A DNA stretch of 64,000 nucleotides. Source: an uncultured Gammaproteobacteria bacterium (GTDB lineage Bacteria > Pseudomonadota > Gammaproteobacteria > GCA-001735895). Below are positions 26,694 through 37,208 of this stretch, one piece after another (position 1 is the stretch's first letter; each line of letters starts with the position of its first letter). Made by a program: the position numbers and the translations under genes. Location: the NCBI GenBank assembly GCA_947260025.1, contig CAMYON010000008.1, forward strand, positions 19,242 through 83,241, written 5' to 3'. Below the pieces are notes generated by a model that was not told the origin of the DNA, searched no databases, and saw only the letters and a program-made list of their open reading frames with translations.

Positions 26694-28762
26694 CAATCGA
26701 TCGGGAAACCCTGCAACAGCAACTCGAACCCTATTTCTTTAATGGCTCGACGCTCGACGAAGTCGCCGGCTTCATCCTCGCAGTAGAATGCCGTTGGCAG
26801 CAGTTTGTCAGTGACTGGGTACTGTCCGTGGCCAGGACGCAGCCGGAAATTGCCTACCAGTTTGCTAGCCAGGCCGCGGGAGCGTTGCAGAGAATCGGGC
26901 GCGAGGGTTGTGAGGCCTGGCTACAGTCCGCGCTCGACGTCTACTTCGAGCAGGGTTTAGCGGCGGCAATCGAGACCCTGGAAAACCTGGAACAGTTTAT
27001 CGCGGAGCAGCGTAAGAAATCCCGCGGGCTGGAGTTCGACCGCATCCGCGGGGTAATGCAGCACTTCCTGCAGGGCCTGAACGGCCGTCTCCTGCAGCTC
27101 GAATCGGGTGAGCAGGTGCTTACCGACAGCGAAAAGCTGCTGCTGCCCGCGGTTATCGATCATTTTGCCAGCGAGACCGAGAATTTCGCCTGCTACAAGG
27201 CAACCGCCGTCCACCAGTGGGCGCAATGCTGGTACGGCACCTGGCGTGCCGACAGCATCGCCCGGATCCCGCGCGAACAACCGATGCTGCGCACTTTTCA
27301 CTACCTCGAAACCTTACGCCTGAACGCCTGCCTCGAGTGTGACTACCCGGGGCTGGCGCGCCAATTGAAAAACCTGCAGGGGGAGACACCGGCAGTCTGG
27401 CAGGCGCTGGAGGCGGAACTGAGCGACCCGGCAAGCACGGTACTCGATTCGATCCGGCTCAGCGCCGAACACTGGGACAAACCGCGTCCGGCGCCGTTTG
27501 TCTACCAGGGCGAGCTCGATCCCGACCGCGTGCAGAAAGTCCTGGAAGCGCGTTTAAAGCGCGAGAAAAAGCAGTTGCGGCTGGCGCTGGCGCGTCTCGC
27601 GCCAGCACAGCCGGACGCAGACAAACCCGGTGCCGATCACGCAGCAGGCGGACGCAAGTTCGATTTCTGCAATGATCAGGATGCCAACGGCGAGATCGAA
27701 CTCGAGGGCAACCCCATGCCGCGAGACGACGAGGTCGAGGCCCTGGTTACGTCGATCATGCAGGACCTCGGCGAAATGCCGCCTGATTATCTTGCCGCGG
27801 CGGGCAGCGGTGAGTATCAGGCCGGCCTCGAGGCGCAACCCGGAGAACACGTCGCGGACGAAACCTCGCCTGCAGCCCAGCGGGATAAAACCGCTTTCCT
27901 GTACGACGAATGGGACTGCACCCGCGGGGCGCATCGCAAGCGCTGGTGCGCGCTGCGAGAACGCAATATCGAGCCCGACTACGACTCGACCTTCGTCGCA
28001 GACACGCTGCACAAGTACCGCGGCCACATCAAGTCGCTGCGGCGCGGCTTCGAAGCCCTGCGCGACGAGTATCGGGTGCTGAAAAAACAGCCGGATGGTG
28101 AAAACCTCGACTTCGACGCGCTGGTGGAAGCCATTGCAGACGTGCGCAGCGGCATGGAGATGACGTCACGAATCTATCGCAAGGCGCATCGCGTGGACCG
28201 TGATATCGCACTCATCCTGATGGTCGACATGAGCGGCTCGACCAAGGGCTGGATCAACGTCGTCCAGCGCGAAGCGCTGATACTGCTGACAGAGGCACTG
28301 AGCTCGCTCGACGATCGTTACGCGATTTACGGGTTTTCCGGCAATACCCGCAAGCGCTGCGAAGTCTACAGGATCAAGACATTCGAAGAGACCTACGACC
28401 AGGAAGTTCGCGCCCGTATCGCCGCTATCGAACCCCAGGATTACACCCGTATGGGCGTTACGATCCGCCACCTGAGCCATTTGCTGGATGAGATCGATGC
28501 CCGCACCAAGCTGCTGATCACGCTATCGGACGGTAAACCCGATGACTACGATACCTACCACGGCGAGTACGGTATCGAGGATACCCGCATGGCACTGTTC
28601 GAGGCGCGCCAGCGCGGCATTCACCCATTTTGCATCACCATCGACGAAGAAGCGCGCGATTACCTGCCGCACATGTACGGCGATTCCAGTTACGTGCTGA
28701 TCGATAACGTCGACAAACTGCCCTACCGTATCTCCGAGATCTACCGCAGTCTGACCAGCTGA
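26690..28762 (+). CDS. VWA-domain protein of the NorD/CbbO family
   Basis: The C-terminal region ...YDEWDCTRGAHRKRWCALRE...DGENLDFDALVEA...ILMVDMSGSTKGW...YGFSGNTRKRCEVY...LSDGKPDDYD...FCITID matches the NorD/CbbO VWA/MIDAS layout. The ATG at 26690 overlaps the mutM TGA (ATGA), and an alternative ATG lies at 26681. Confidence 0.75.
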   Translation: MTIDRETLQQQLEPYFFNGSTLDEVAGFILAVECRWQQFVSDWVLSVARTQPEIAYQFASQAAGALQRIGREGCEAWLQSALDVYFEQGLAAAIETLENLEQFIAEQRKKSRGLEFDRIRGVMQHFLQGLNGRLLQLESGEQVLTDSEKLLLPAVIDHFASETENFACYKATAVHQWAQCWYGTWRADSIARIPREQPMLRTFHYLETLRLNACLECDYPGLARQLKNLQGETPAVWQALEAELSDPASTVLDSIRLSAEHWDKPRPAPFVYQGELDPDRVQKVLEARLKREKKQLRLALARLAPAQPDADKPGADHAAGGRKFDFCNDQDANGEIELEGNPMPRDDEVEALVTSIMQDLGEMPPDYLAAAGSGEYQAGLEAQPGEHVADETSPAAQRDKTAFLYDEWDCTRGAHRKRWCALRERNIEPDYDSTFVADTLHKYRGHIKSLRRGFEALRDEYRVLKKQPDGENLDFDALVEAIADVRSGMEMTSRIYRKAHRVDRDIALILMVDMSGSTKGWINVVQREALILLTEALSSLDDRYAIYGFSGNTRKRCEVYRIKTFEETYDQEVRARIAAIEPQDYTRMGVTIRHLSHLLDEIDARTKLLITLSDGKPDDYDTYHGEYGIEDTRMALFEARQRGIHPFCITIDEEARDYLPHMYGDSSYVLIDNVDKLPYRISEIYRSLTS

Positions 28763-28854
28763 TTATCCCAATGCTAGAGCCGGAGTGACTTTGGTTTCTC
28801 TCGATTCGGAATTCGACTATCATCGCCAGATTGAACCTGACCGAGAGAACCAAC

Positions 28855-29613
28855 ATGTCTATTCACGCGATCGATTCGAATCTTGACCCTGTCACTCAGG
28901 CTAAAATCGACCTTGCGGCATCGCTGCGCCTCGCGGTCTACCACGAACTCGAGGAAGGTATCGACAACCACTTCACGGTGACCGAGCCGGGATCCGACGA
29001 TCGCTTACTGGTACTGCCTTTCGGACTGCACTGGTCCGAGGCGCGCGCCAGCGACATGATGAGTTTCAACGAGGCCGGCGAGACTCTCGACGGCGACGGT
29101 GTCGTCGAACTTTCGGCGCAATGCATCCACGCGCCGATCCACCGCATTACCGGCAGGCGCGTCGTGTTCCACACGCATCAGAACTGGGCGCTGGCGCTCA
29201 ACATGCTGGAAGACAATCGCCTGATCCCGGCCTGTCAGACCTCGGCATTTTTCGACGGTCTTATTGCCTACGACGATCATTATCCCGGAACCGCGGACAC
29301 GCTCGAAGAAGGTGAACGCCTGGCGCAACTGATCGGCGACAAGCAGGTCGTGTTTCTGAAAAACCATGGCGTACTGGTCGCGGTAGATTCGATCGCGCGC
29401 GCCTATCGGATGCTTTACATGCTGGAACGCGTGTGCCGGGCGCAGATTCGCGCGATGAGCACCGGCAACAGGCTACAACCGATTTCGGCGGAGGTGATCA
29501 GGCAGGTTCAGACTCCCGACCCGAACGATCGTCACAAGGGCGAGCGCGACAACCTGTTCTTTGCCGCGATGAAACGCCTGCTCGACCGCGAAATGCCCGG
29601 TTACGCCGACTAG
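28855..29613 (+). CDS. Class II aldolase/adducin family protein
   Basis: ...IHAPIHRITGRRVVFHTHQNWALAL... and ...VVFLKNHGVLV... are motifs of the family. The track start at 28831 is a TTG, so the ATG at 28855 is preferred. Confidence 0.8.
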   Translation: MSIHAIDSNLDPVTQAKIDLAASLRLAVYHELEEGIDNHFTVTEPGSDDRLLVLPFGLHWSEARASDMMSFNEAGETLDGDGVVELSAQCIHAPIHRITGRRVVFHTHQNWALALNMLEDNRLIPACQTSAFFDGLIAYDDHYPGTADTLEEGERLAQLIGDKQVVFLKNHGVLVAVDSIARAYRMLYMLERVCRAQIRAMSTGNRLQPISAEVIRQVQTPDPNDRHKGERDNLFFAAMKRLLDREMPGYAD

Positions 29614-29722
29614 ACTCGCCGCGTCGCTCGCATCCATAGCGGTCAGCGGGCCGATCCAGATCTTGATTGCTCCAGGCCGCTTCTTTAACATCGTTCACCC
29701 GGCACACATAAAGACAATCATC

Positions 29723-31390
29723 ATGGCCATCAAACTTCCGCTTCGCAGCCTGGTACTAACGTTAGCGCTGGCATTCAGCGGCGCCGCACTGGCGGTGCCT
29801 GCCGAAGGCACCAGGATCATGATTTCCGCGCCCTCGAATTACGCGGTCGAGGCCGGTAAGGCGATCGCCAACAAGGGGGGTAACCTGGTGGATGTCGCGG
29901 TGGCTGTCGGGCTTGCCCTGACGGTGACCAACCCTTCCAACGCATCGCTCGGTGGTGGCGGTTTTGCGCTGGTCAGCATGGGCCAGGGTGTCGAAGTGCT
30001 GGACTTCAGGGAATCGGCGCCTGCTGCGACCTCGCCCGGGTTCTATCTCGATCGGGAAAAAGGCGCTTCCTGGAACGGTGGTGCGGCCGTCGGGGTGCCC
30101 GGCGTGGCTGCCGGCTACTGGGCCCTGCACCAGAAGTATGGAAAGTTGAAATGGACCGAGTTATTCGACTCGGCCATGCGGCTGGCGCGCGAGGGTATCG
30201 AGTTCACCGGTACCGAATCACGCTACTCGGAAACCCAGAAAGATCGATTCAATTCCGCTGGTCTGCGTCATTTTTACAAGACGCCAGAGCAACACTACGA
30301 GCCCGGCGATGTTTTGCAGCAGCCGGCGCTGGCGCAGGCTCTCGAAAAGTTGCGTGACCAGAATCTCGCGGGATTTTACCGCGGCGCGGTCGCGCAGGAT
30401 ATTGCCGACACGGTGCAGGCCAATGGCGGCGTCATCACGATGGCAGACCTGGCCGCCTATGAGGTCCGCTGGCTCGAGCCGCTACAGACCGAGTTCAAGG
30501 GCCACAAGCTTTACTCGATGCCGCCGCCGAGCAGTGGCGGCGCTGTCATCAAGGCGGCATTCGAGCTTTTCGAGCGGATCGACATCGAACAGTATCGACC
30601 GCTCAGCGTCGATGAAATTCATTTAATGGCCGAGGTGCTGAATCGCGCCTTCCGCGGCCGAGCCCTGCTGGGCGACCCGGATTACCACGACAACCCTTTC
30701 GACCGGATTTTATCCGCCGGGTATCTCGACGAAATGGCGCGCAGCATCGACCTGGCGCAAGCCACCCAGCTGGAGCCGCTGGTCGACAAGGCGCCCGACG
30801 ATTCCACCGAGACCACCCAGTTTTCGATCCTCGACGCCGACGGCAACGCCATTACGCTGACAATCACGCTGAACGGCAGCTATGGCTCAGGGGTGGTTTC
30901 CGAAAAATTCGGAATTTCACTCAACAACGAAATGGACGATTTCACCACCCGCCCCGGGGAACCTAACGCTTTTGGCCTGGTGCAGGGCTACGGCAACCGG
31001 GTGCAACCGGGGAAACGGCCGCTCAGCTCCATGAGCCCGACGCTGATCGCAAAGGATGGCAAAATCGTCATGAGCCTCGGCGCGGCGGGCGGGCCGAGAA
31101 TCATCAGTAGCGTGATTCAGACGATATACCGGGTCCTGGTGACCGGGCTCGATATCGATCGCGCCGTCCAGTTCCCGCGCGTTCATCACCAGTTCCTGCC
31201 CAACAAGCTCTACATGGATGAATTTAAATTCTCGCCAGAAGTCGTGGCCGGCCTGCAGCAGCGGGGTCATGAAACCGTGGAGCAACGCCCCGGTTACCTG
31301 GGCAGAATCAAGGCGGTGCGATTAAACGATAAGAATTACCTGGAAGCGTCTTACGACAATCGCAGCGAAGGTGCCGTGGGCGGCTTCTAA
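29723..31390 (+). CDS. ggt: Gamma-glutamyltransferase
   Basis: A signal peptide starts at the ATG at 29723 (MAIKLPLRSLVLTLALAFSGAALA). The autoprocessing/nucleophile site ETTQFSILD, the GSGVVS block, LNNEMDDF and MSPT motifs are present. The track start at 29663 is a TTG. Confidence 0.9.
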   Translation: MAIKLPLRSLVLTLALAFSGAALAVPAEGTRIMISAPSNYAVEAGKAIANKGGNLVDVAVAVGLALTVTNPSNASLGGGGFALVSMGQGVEVLDFRESAPAATSPGFYLDREKGASWNGGAAVGVPGVAAGYWALHQKYGKLKWTELFDSAMRLAREGIEFTGTESRYSETQKDRFNSAGLRHFYKTPEQHYEPGDVLQQPALAQALEKLRDQNLAGFYRGAVAQDIADTVQANGGVITMADLAAYEVRWLEPLQTEFKGHKLYSMPPPSSGGAVIKAAFELFERIDIEQYRPLSVDEIHLMAEVLNRAFRGRALLGDPDYHDNPFDRILSAGYLDEMARSIDLAQATQLEPLVDKAPDDSTETTQFSILDADGNAITLTITLNGSYGSGVVSEKFGISLNNEMDDFTTRPGEPNAFGLVQGYGNRVQPGKRPLSSMSPTLIAKDGKIVMSLGAAGGPRIISSVIQTIYRVLVTGLDIDRAVQFPRVHHQFLPNKLYMDEFKFSPEVVAGLQQRGHETVEQRPGYLGRIKAVRLNDKNYLEASYDNRSEGAVGGF

Positions 31391-31430
31391 AAGACCCGAC
31401 CGCACGGACTAATAGATCGGCCTTTACAAG

Positions 31431-32194
<764 letters not shown>

Positions 32195-32246
32195 GGATTA
32201 CCTCTGTATTCCAGCATTCGCTGCCAGGCAAAATAAACGCCAGATT

Positions 32247-32822
32247 CTAACGACTTAAGCGCCATTCGGCTATAGCGTAGTGAACCTGACCGGCGGTTTT
32301 CTGTTTAAGCCAATGAAGGTTGTGTGACGGCAGTTCGAATTCTTCCGCTGCAGGCCACTCGAAGTAAACGCACGCCCCCGGCTGCAGGCAACCGCGTGCT
32401 TCGAGATGTTGAAACACCTGCTGTCGCAGATCAGGCGAGGCATAGGGTGGATCGATAAAAACCAGGTCGAACTGCTGCTGCAGCCCGGCAATCGACGTTA
32501 GCGCATTACCGACGACGATTTCGATAGCATCGGGGTCCAGTTTTTGCGCCTGGGCGCGCAGATATTCGACCGCCCGCGGCTGCTGCTCCAGCGCAACCAG
32601 TCGGCTTGCACCGCGCGACAGCGTCTCCAGGCCGAGTGCCCCGCTGCCGGCAAAGCAGTCGAGCACGACCGCGCCGGGGCAGCGCGAAGCCAGCCAGTTG
32701 AACAGGGTTTCGCGAATCCGGTCCGGCGTCGGGCGCAGTCCTGGGGCGTCGATCACGTCCAGTTTTCGTCCCCGCCATTTGCCGCCGATGATTCTGATGC
32801 GGGATTTCCGCGAGTCTGCCAT
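32247..32822 (-). CDS. rsmD: 16S rRNA (guanine966-N2)-methyltransferase
   Basis: IRIIGGKWRGRKL, LDCFAGSGALGLE and the FIDPPY motif are present. The ATG is at 32822, and the track start at 32828 is a GTG two codons upstream. Confidence 0.88.
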   Translation of the reverse strand: MADSRKSRIRIIGGKWRGRKLDVIDAPGLRPTPDRIRETLFNWLASRCPGAVVLDCFAGSGALGLETLSRGASRLVALEQQPRAVEYLRAQAQKLDPDAIEIVVGNALTSIAGLQQQFDLVFIDPPYASPDLRQQVFQHLEARGCLQPGACVYFEWPAAEEFELPSHNLHWLKQKTAGQVHYAIAEWRLSR

Positions 32823-32909
32823 ATTCACGCTTTATGTGGGTTAGAAGTGCACAGAAGGAATCGCTTTCTGTTAGCATATTGTGCCTGAAATCTGTTTCCC
32901 GGAAAAACG

Positions 32910-33875
32910 ATGTTCGGATTTAAATCTGCTGCTAAAGACGACACCGACAAGCCGTCTGGCCTGTTCGCGTCGCTGCGCCAGCGGCTTGCGAAAACCAGGG
33001 AAAGCCTGTCTGGCGGCCTGGCTGATTTACTGCTGGGCAAGAAGCAGATCGACGATGACCTGCTGGAGCAGCTCGAGGACCAGCTGCTGATGGCCGACGT
33101 CGGAATGCAGGCGACCCAGAAAATCACCTCGAGCCTTACCGACACGCTGCAACGCAGCGAACTCGGCGATAGCGAAACCCTGATCGGTGCATTGAAAAGC
33201 ACCATGGCAGAAATTCTCGCGCCTTGCGCCATCCCGCTGACTATCGATCCTGGCAAAAAGCCCTTCGTAATCCTCATGGTTGGTGTCAACGGTGCCGGTA
33301 AAACCACCACCGTCGGCAAACTCGCGCAGCAGTTCAAGAGCCAGGGGCTCAAAGTCATGCTGGCAGCCGGCGACACTTTTCGCGCCGCCGCCGTGGAGCA
33401 GTTGCAGAGCTGGGGTGACCGCCTGGAAATTCCTGTCATCAAGCAGGGCCAGGGAGCCGATTCGGCATCGGTCATCTTCGATGCACTGCAGTCGGCCCAG
33501 GCGCGCGATATCGATGTGCTGATCGCCGACACCGCGGGTCGGCTGCACACGCAGGTCAACCTGATGGATGAACTGGAGAAAATCAAACGCGTGATGGGCA
33601 AGCTCGACCCTGACGCGCCGCAGGAGACCCTGCTGGTGCTGGATGCCGTTACCGGCCAGAACGCGCTGGCGCAGGCCAGCAATTTCAGGGACGCAGTCGG
33701 AATCACGGGCATCGTGCTGACCAAGCTCGACGGTACCGCCAAGGGCGGCATGATCTTCAACGTTGCGGAACAATTGCATACCCCGATCCGGTTTATCGGC
33801 GTCGGCGAATCGGTGGAAGACCTGCGCCCTTTCGATAACGAGGAATTTGTCGATGCCCTGCTGGCCGATGCCTGA
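32910..33875 (+). CDS. ftsY: Signal recognition particle receptor FtsY (short A-domain form)
   Basis: NG-domain motifs GVNGAGKTTT, DTAGR and TKLDGTAKGG are present. The ftsYEX order is conserved. Confidence 0.95.
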   Translation: MFGFKSAAKDDTDKPSGLFASLRQRLAKTRESLSGGLADLLLGKKQIDDDLLEQLEDQLLMADVGMQATQKITSSLTDTLQRSELGDSETLIGALKSTMAEILAPCAIPLTIDPGKKPFVILMVGVNGAGKTTTVGKLAQQFKSQGLKVMLAAGDTFRAAAVEQLQSWGDRLEIPVIKQGQGADSASVIFDALQSAQARDIDVLIADTAGRLHTQVNLMDELEKIKRVMGKLDPDAPQETLLVLDAVTGQNALAQASNFRDAVGITGIVLTKLDGTAKGGMIFNVAEQLHTPIRFIGVGESVEDLRPFDNEEFVDALLADA

Positions 33876-33890
33876 GCCTGATTCACGCCA

Positions 33891-34586
33891 ATGATCGAGT
33901 TTCACAACGTAACCAAACGTTACGAAGGCGGCTACGAGGCCCTGACTAACGTTTCGCTGCAGCTTGCCGACGGCGACATGGCCTTCATCACGGGGCATTC
34001 CGGCGCCGGTAAGAGCACCCTGCTGAAAATCGTCGCCCTGATCGAAAAACCGACTCGCGGCCAGGCCTTGCTGAACCGGATCAACCTGAACACGGTATCA
34101 CGCCACCGCATTCCTTATATCCGCCGCAATATCGGCGTTATATTTCAGGACCACCAGCTGCTATTCGACCGCCCGGTGTTCGATAACGTGGCGCTGCCGC
34201 TGCAAATCCAGGGCTATCGACCGCAGGAAGTCGCCAAGCGGACCCGTGCCGCGCTCGACAAGGTAGGCCTGTTGCACAAGGAAAAGTCGATGCCGATCAC
34301 GCTGTCGGGTGGAGAACAACAGCGCGTCGGCATCGCGCGCGCGGTGGTGCATAAACCCATGCTGCTACTCGCGGACGAGCCCACCGGAAATCTCGATCCG
34401 GTGCTGTCGCGCGAAATCATGCAAATCTTCGTCGAATTCAACCAGGTGGGCGTGACCGTGCTGGTGGCCAGCCACGACCTCGGACTGATAGACGAACTGG
34501 ATAAGCCTCGTCTCACGCTCAACCGGGGGCAACTGATCCTGAATGACCTGGTTGACGACGCAGCGGAGACCGACGATGGCTGGTAG
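33891..34586 (+). CDS. ftsE: Cell division ATP-binding protein FtsE
   Basis: Walker A GHSGAGKST, signature LSGGEQQR and Walker B LLLADEPTGNLD are present. Confidence 0.95.
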   Translation: MIEFHNVTKRYEGGYEALTNVSLQLADGDMAFITGHSGAGKSTLLKIVALIEKPTRGQALLNRINLNTVSRHRIPYIRRNIGVIFQDHQLLFDRPVFDNVALPLQIQGYRPQEVAKRTRAALDKVGLLHKEKSMPITLSGGEQQRVGIARAVVHKPMLLLADEPTGNLDPVLSREIMQIFVEFNQVGVTVLVASHDLGLIDELDKPRLTLNRGQLILNDLVDDAAETDDGW

Positions 34587-35532
34587 TAACGTCAAACGTC
34601 GTGGACCAGCCACGACCAACCGCATTTCGGCTTACCTGCTGCACCACCTGCAGTCATTGATATTCAGCCTGGGGAAAATTTACCAGGCTCCTGCAACCAC
34701 CATCATGACGGTAGCGGTAATCGGCATTACGCTGTCACTGCCTGGCGGTTTCTACCTGTTTTTGAAGAACATCGATGCCATGTCCGGTGATTTTCGCTCA
34801 AGCTCGCAGATCAGTCTTTACCTCGATCTCGGTCTCAGCGAAAAACGCGCGCGCGCGGTGGAAAAAGATATCTCCGGCATGGACGAGGTTGACTCGACGC
34901 GCTTCATCTCGCGCGACCAGTCGCTCGAGGAATTTCGCCAGAACTCCGGCTTTGGCAAGAGCATCGATACCCTGAGCAACAATCCCCTGCCGCATACCAT
35001 TATCGTCGATCCGATCGAAGCCGATACTTTCGCAATACGCAACCTGCTCAACGCTTTACAGGCAATGCCGGAGGTCGAAATCGCAAAGCTCGACACTGAA
35101 TGGCTGGAGCGGCTATACACGATTATCGAGATCGCCAAACGCTCGGTTACAATTATCACGATCCTGTTCGCCTGCGCGGTGTTATTGATCATCGGCAACA
35201 CCATTCGGCTCGATATTCAAAACCGCTACCAGGAAATAATCGTCACCAAACTAATCGGCGCCACCGACGCTTTTATTCGTCGCCCCTTCCTCTACGGCGG
35301 CGTCTGGTACGGCCTGCTGGGCGGCATAATTAGCTGGCTTATCGTCGAGATCGGCTATCTCGCAATCTCGGGTCCACTAGAGCGCCTGAACCTGCTGTAC
35401 CAGTCGGAAATGACGCTGATTACTTTTTCATTTCACGACTTTATCATTCTTATAACATCTAGTACTCTACTTGGACTGGCCGGCTCCTGGATTGCAGTTG
35501 CCCGGCACCTGAACCAGATAGAACCCAGCTAA
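34576..35532 (+). CDS. ftsX: Cell division permease-like protein FtsX
   Basis: It has four TM segments and a periplasmic domain after TM1, and it follows ftsE. The ATG at 34576 overlaps ftsE by 11 nt. The track start at 34543 is an over-extension. Confidence 0.9.
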   Translation: MAGSNVKRRGPATTNRISAYLLHHLQSLIFSLGKIYQAPATTIMTVAVIGITLSLPGGFYLFLKNIDAMSGDFRSSSQISLYLDLGLSEKRARAVEKDISGMDEVDSTRFISRDQSLEEFRQNSGFGKSIDTLSNNPLPHTIIVDPIEADTFAIRNLLNALQAMPEVEIAKLDTEWLERLYTIIEIAKRSVTIITILFACAVLLIIGNTIRLDIQNRYQEIIVTKLIGATDAFIRRPFLYGGVWYGLLGGIISWLIVEIGYLAISGPLERLNLLYQSEMTLITFSFHDFIILITSSTLLGLAGSWIAVARHLNQIEPS

Positions 35533-35543
35533 TCAGGTAATCC

Positions 35544-36371
35544 ATGCCCGCAAAACGCCGACTATTGCTGATTGATTCCTCGGATTCGGCGCGCACTATC
35601 CTGTTCAAGGAAATTTCCAGCCGTGCGCCCGATCTCGACATCATTGCATGCGGCACCGGCAAGGAAGCGATGACCGCGGTCAAACGTTACGAGTTCGAAA
35701 TTATCACTACCGGCATCACGCTGCCGGACACCGACGGATATCAACTGATTGAAGAAATTCGTCAAACTCCGAAAAACAAGGATACCGCGATTTTCGTGGT
35801 TTCGGGTGACACCGATACGCGCGTCATGGGCGCAGGCATGGAAGACACCGACGCCGTGACTGCCTATTTCGACAAGGCCGAGGGCCACAGGTCACTGGTC
35901 AATTTCATTCTTAACTTCCTTGGTACCCATAACGAGCTGCCGATCAAGATTCTCTACGTCGACAAGAGCGCCACCTCGACCGCGATCACTACCGGAATAC
36001 TCGACAAGAGCGGTATCGCTTATATCCATTTCCGTGACGCGGCAGAAGCACTGGAATGCCTGAAACAGGACCTGGCCGCCGACGCCAACTGCAGTTTCGA
36101 CGTCATGATTACCGACCTGATGCTAACCAGTAAGACGAATGGCTACGAACTGATCCAGAGCATTCGCAACGAGCTCGGGCTGGATTACCTGACCCTGCCT
36201 ATCCTGCTGATGACGATCGAGCCCGGTGAGGACGAACGCACCGATTTCACGGCCATTTTCGGCGCCGGCACCAACGATTTCATTACCAAGCCGGTCGATG
36301 AAGACGATCTGCTGGCGCGCCTGCAAACCCTGGTCAACATCAAACGTCAGAGCGAAGCGCTAAATCCCTGA
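35544..36371 (+). CDS. Stand-alone double receiver (REC-REC) response-regulator-like protein with atypical acceptor sites
   Basis: It has two CheY-like modules (residues ~5-125 and ~135-270). In module 1 the acceptor position is Gly (EIITTGITLPDTDG). Module 2 keeps Asp (VMITDLMLTSKTNG), Thr and Lys (FITKP), but the acidic pair is reduced to one Asp (YVDKS). There is no output domain. Confidence 0.75.
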   Translation: MPAKRRLLLIDSSDSARTILFKEISSRAPDLDIIACGTGKEAMTAVKRYEFEIITTGITLPDTDGYQLIEEIRQTPKNKDTAIFVVSGDTDTRVMGAGMEDTDAVTAYFDKAEGHRSLVNFILNFLGTHNELPIKILYVDKSATSTAITTGILDKSGIAYIHFRDAAEALECLKQDLAADANCSFDVMITDLMLTSKTNGYELIQSIRNELGLDYLTLPILLMTIEPGEDERTDFTAIFGAGTNDFITKPVDEDDLLARLQTLVNIKRQSEALNP

Positions 36372-36401
36372 AATCCAGCCTCTGCAGCGCGCCTGGTCTA
36401 A

Positions 36402-36887
36402 CTAGTGCTCGTGACCGCCCGGACCGTGGACATGCCCGTGCGTTATTTCTTCCTCACTGGCGTCGCGAACCTCTTCCACGGTGACTTCAAATTTTAGCGA
36501 TTTACCCGCAAGTGGATGGTTGGCGTCCACTGTCACCATGTCTCCGTTTACCTCGGTAATCACCAGGTTGATCTGGCCCTGGTCGGTTTGCGCGGTGACA
36601 GCCATACCGGGTTCAACTTTCTCCATTCCCTGGAAGGCTTCCATCGGCACCTGCTGAATACGGTCGTCGCTGCGCTCGCCGTAGGCATTGGCAGCCTCGA
36701 CGACAACTTCGAGTTCATCGCCAACCGCCTTTCCCTCCAGCGCCTGTTCGAGGCCGGGGATGATATTTTGTGCGCCGTGCAGGTAGGTCATCGGCTCGGC
36801 ATTTTCCGAGGAATCAATGACTTCATCACTTTCGGAATCGCAGACCTTGTAGTGAATCGTGACAACCTTGTGCTGAGCAATAGTCAT
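36402..36887 (-). CDS. slyD: FKBP-type peptidyl-prolyl isomerase SlyD
   Basis: VVTIHYKV...DSS...PMTYLHGAQNIIPGLEQALEGK... is followed by an IF-domain insert and a short His-rich tail (HGHVHGPGGHEH). Confidence 0.9.
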   Translation of the reverse strand: MTIAQHKVVTIHYKVCDSESDEVIDSSENAEPMTYLHGAQNIIPGLEQALEGKAVGDELEVVVEAANAYGERSDDRIQQVPMEAFQGMEKVEPGMAVTAQTDQGQINLVITEVNGDMVTVDANHPLAGKSLKFEVTVEEVRDASEEEITHGHVHGPGGHEH

Positions 36888-37208
36888 ATTTTCTCCATGT
36901 TGTGTATCCCGTTACGGGACAGATGATTAGGCGTTCCACGCAGCTCGCGATCGAACTGCGAGTAAACCTGGAGACTTAACGCAAAGGCGGGGTTAACAAT
37001 ACGAGTAAAGAAAGCCTGACTCTACGGATTTCGAGTATAACAAGAGTGCCGCCCGATTTTTGCCTAATTTGATTTCCAGAGAAACAGACACCGGGATTCG
37101 GAACTAGGGACGAGACTGATCCATAACCGCGTGGAAGACGTATTTACTAGTGATTTTTCTTTAATATCCATACATTTAGCGAGTATATTAATATCTGCTA
37201 ATAAACTT

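Noticed and set aside
32825-33886. A 353-aa minus-strand ORF exactly antisense to ftsY.
   Set aside because: The product is Ser/Ala/Cys-rich low-complexity sequence with no motifs. ftsY on the plus strand has all the NG-domain motifs. This is a typical shadow ORF in GC-rich DNA. The same applies to 33027..33998.
36927-37208. A possible small gene or sRNA in the AT-rich slyD-rpoH spacer.
   Set aside because: Only 17-22-codon ORFs without ribosome-binding sites are present. The region most simply holds the divergent slyD and multiple rpoH promoters. Nothing specific can be supported beyond the sigma-E-like promoter and hairpin reported separately.
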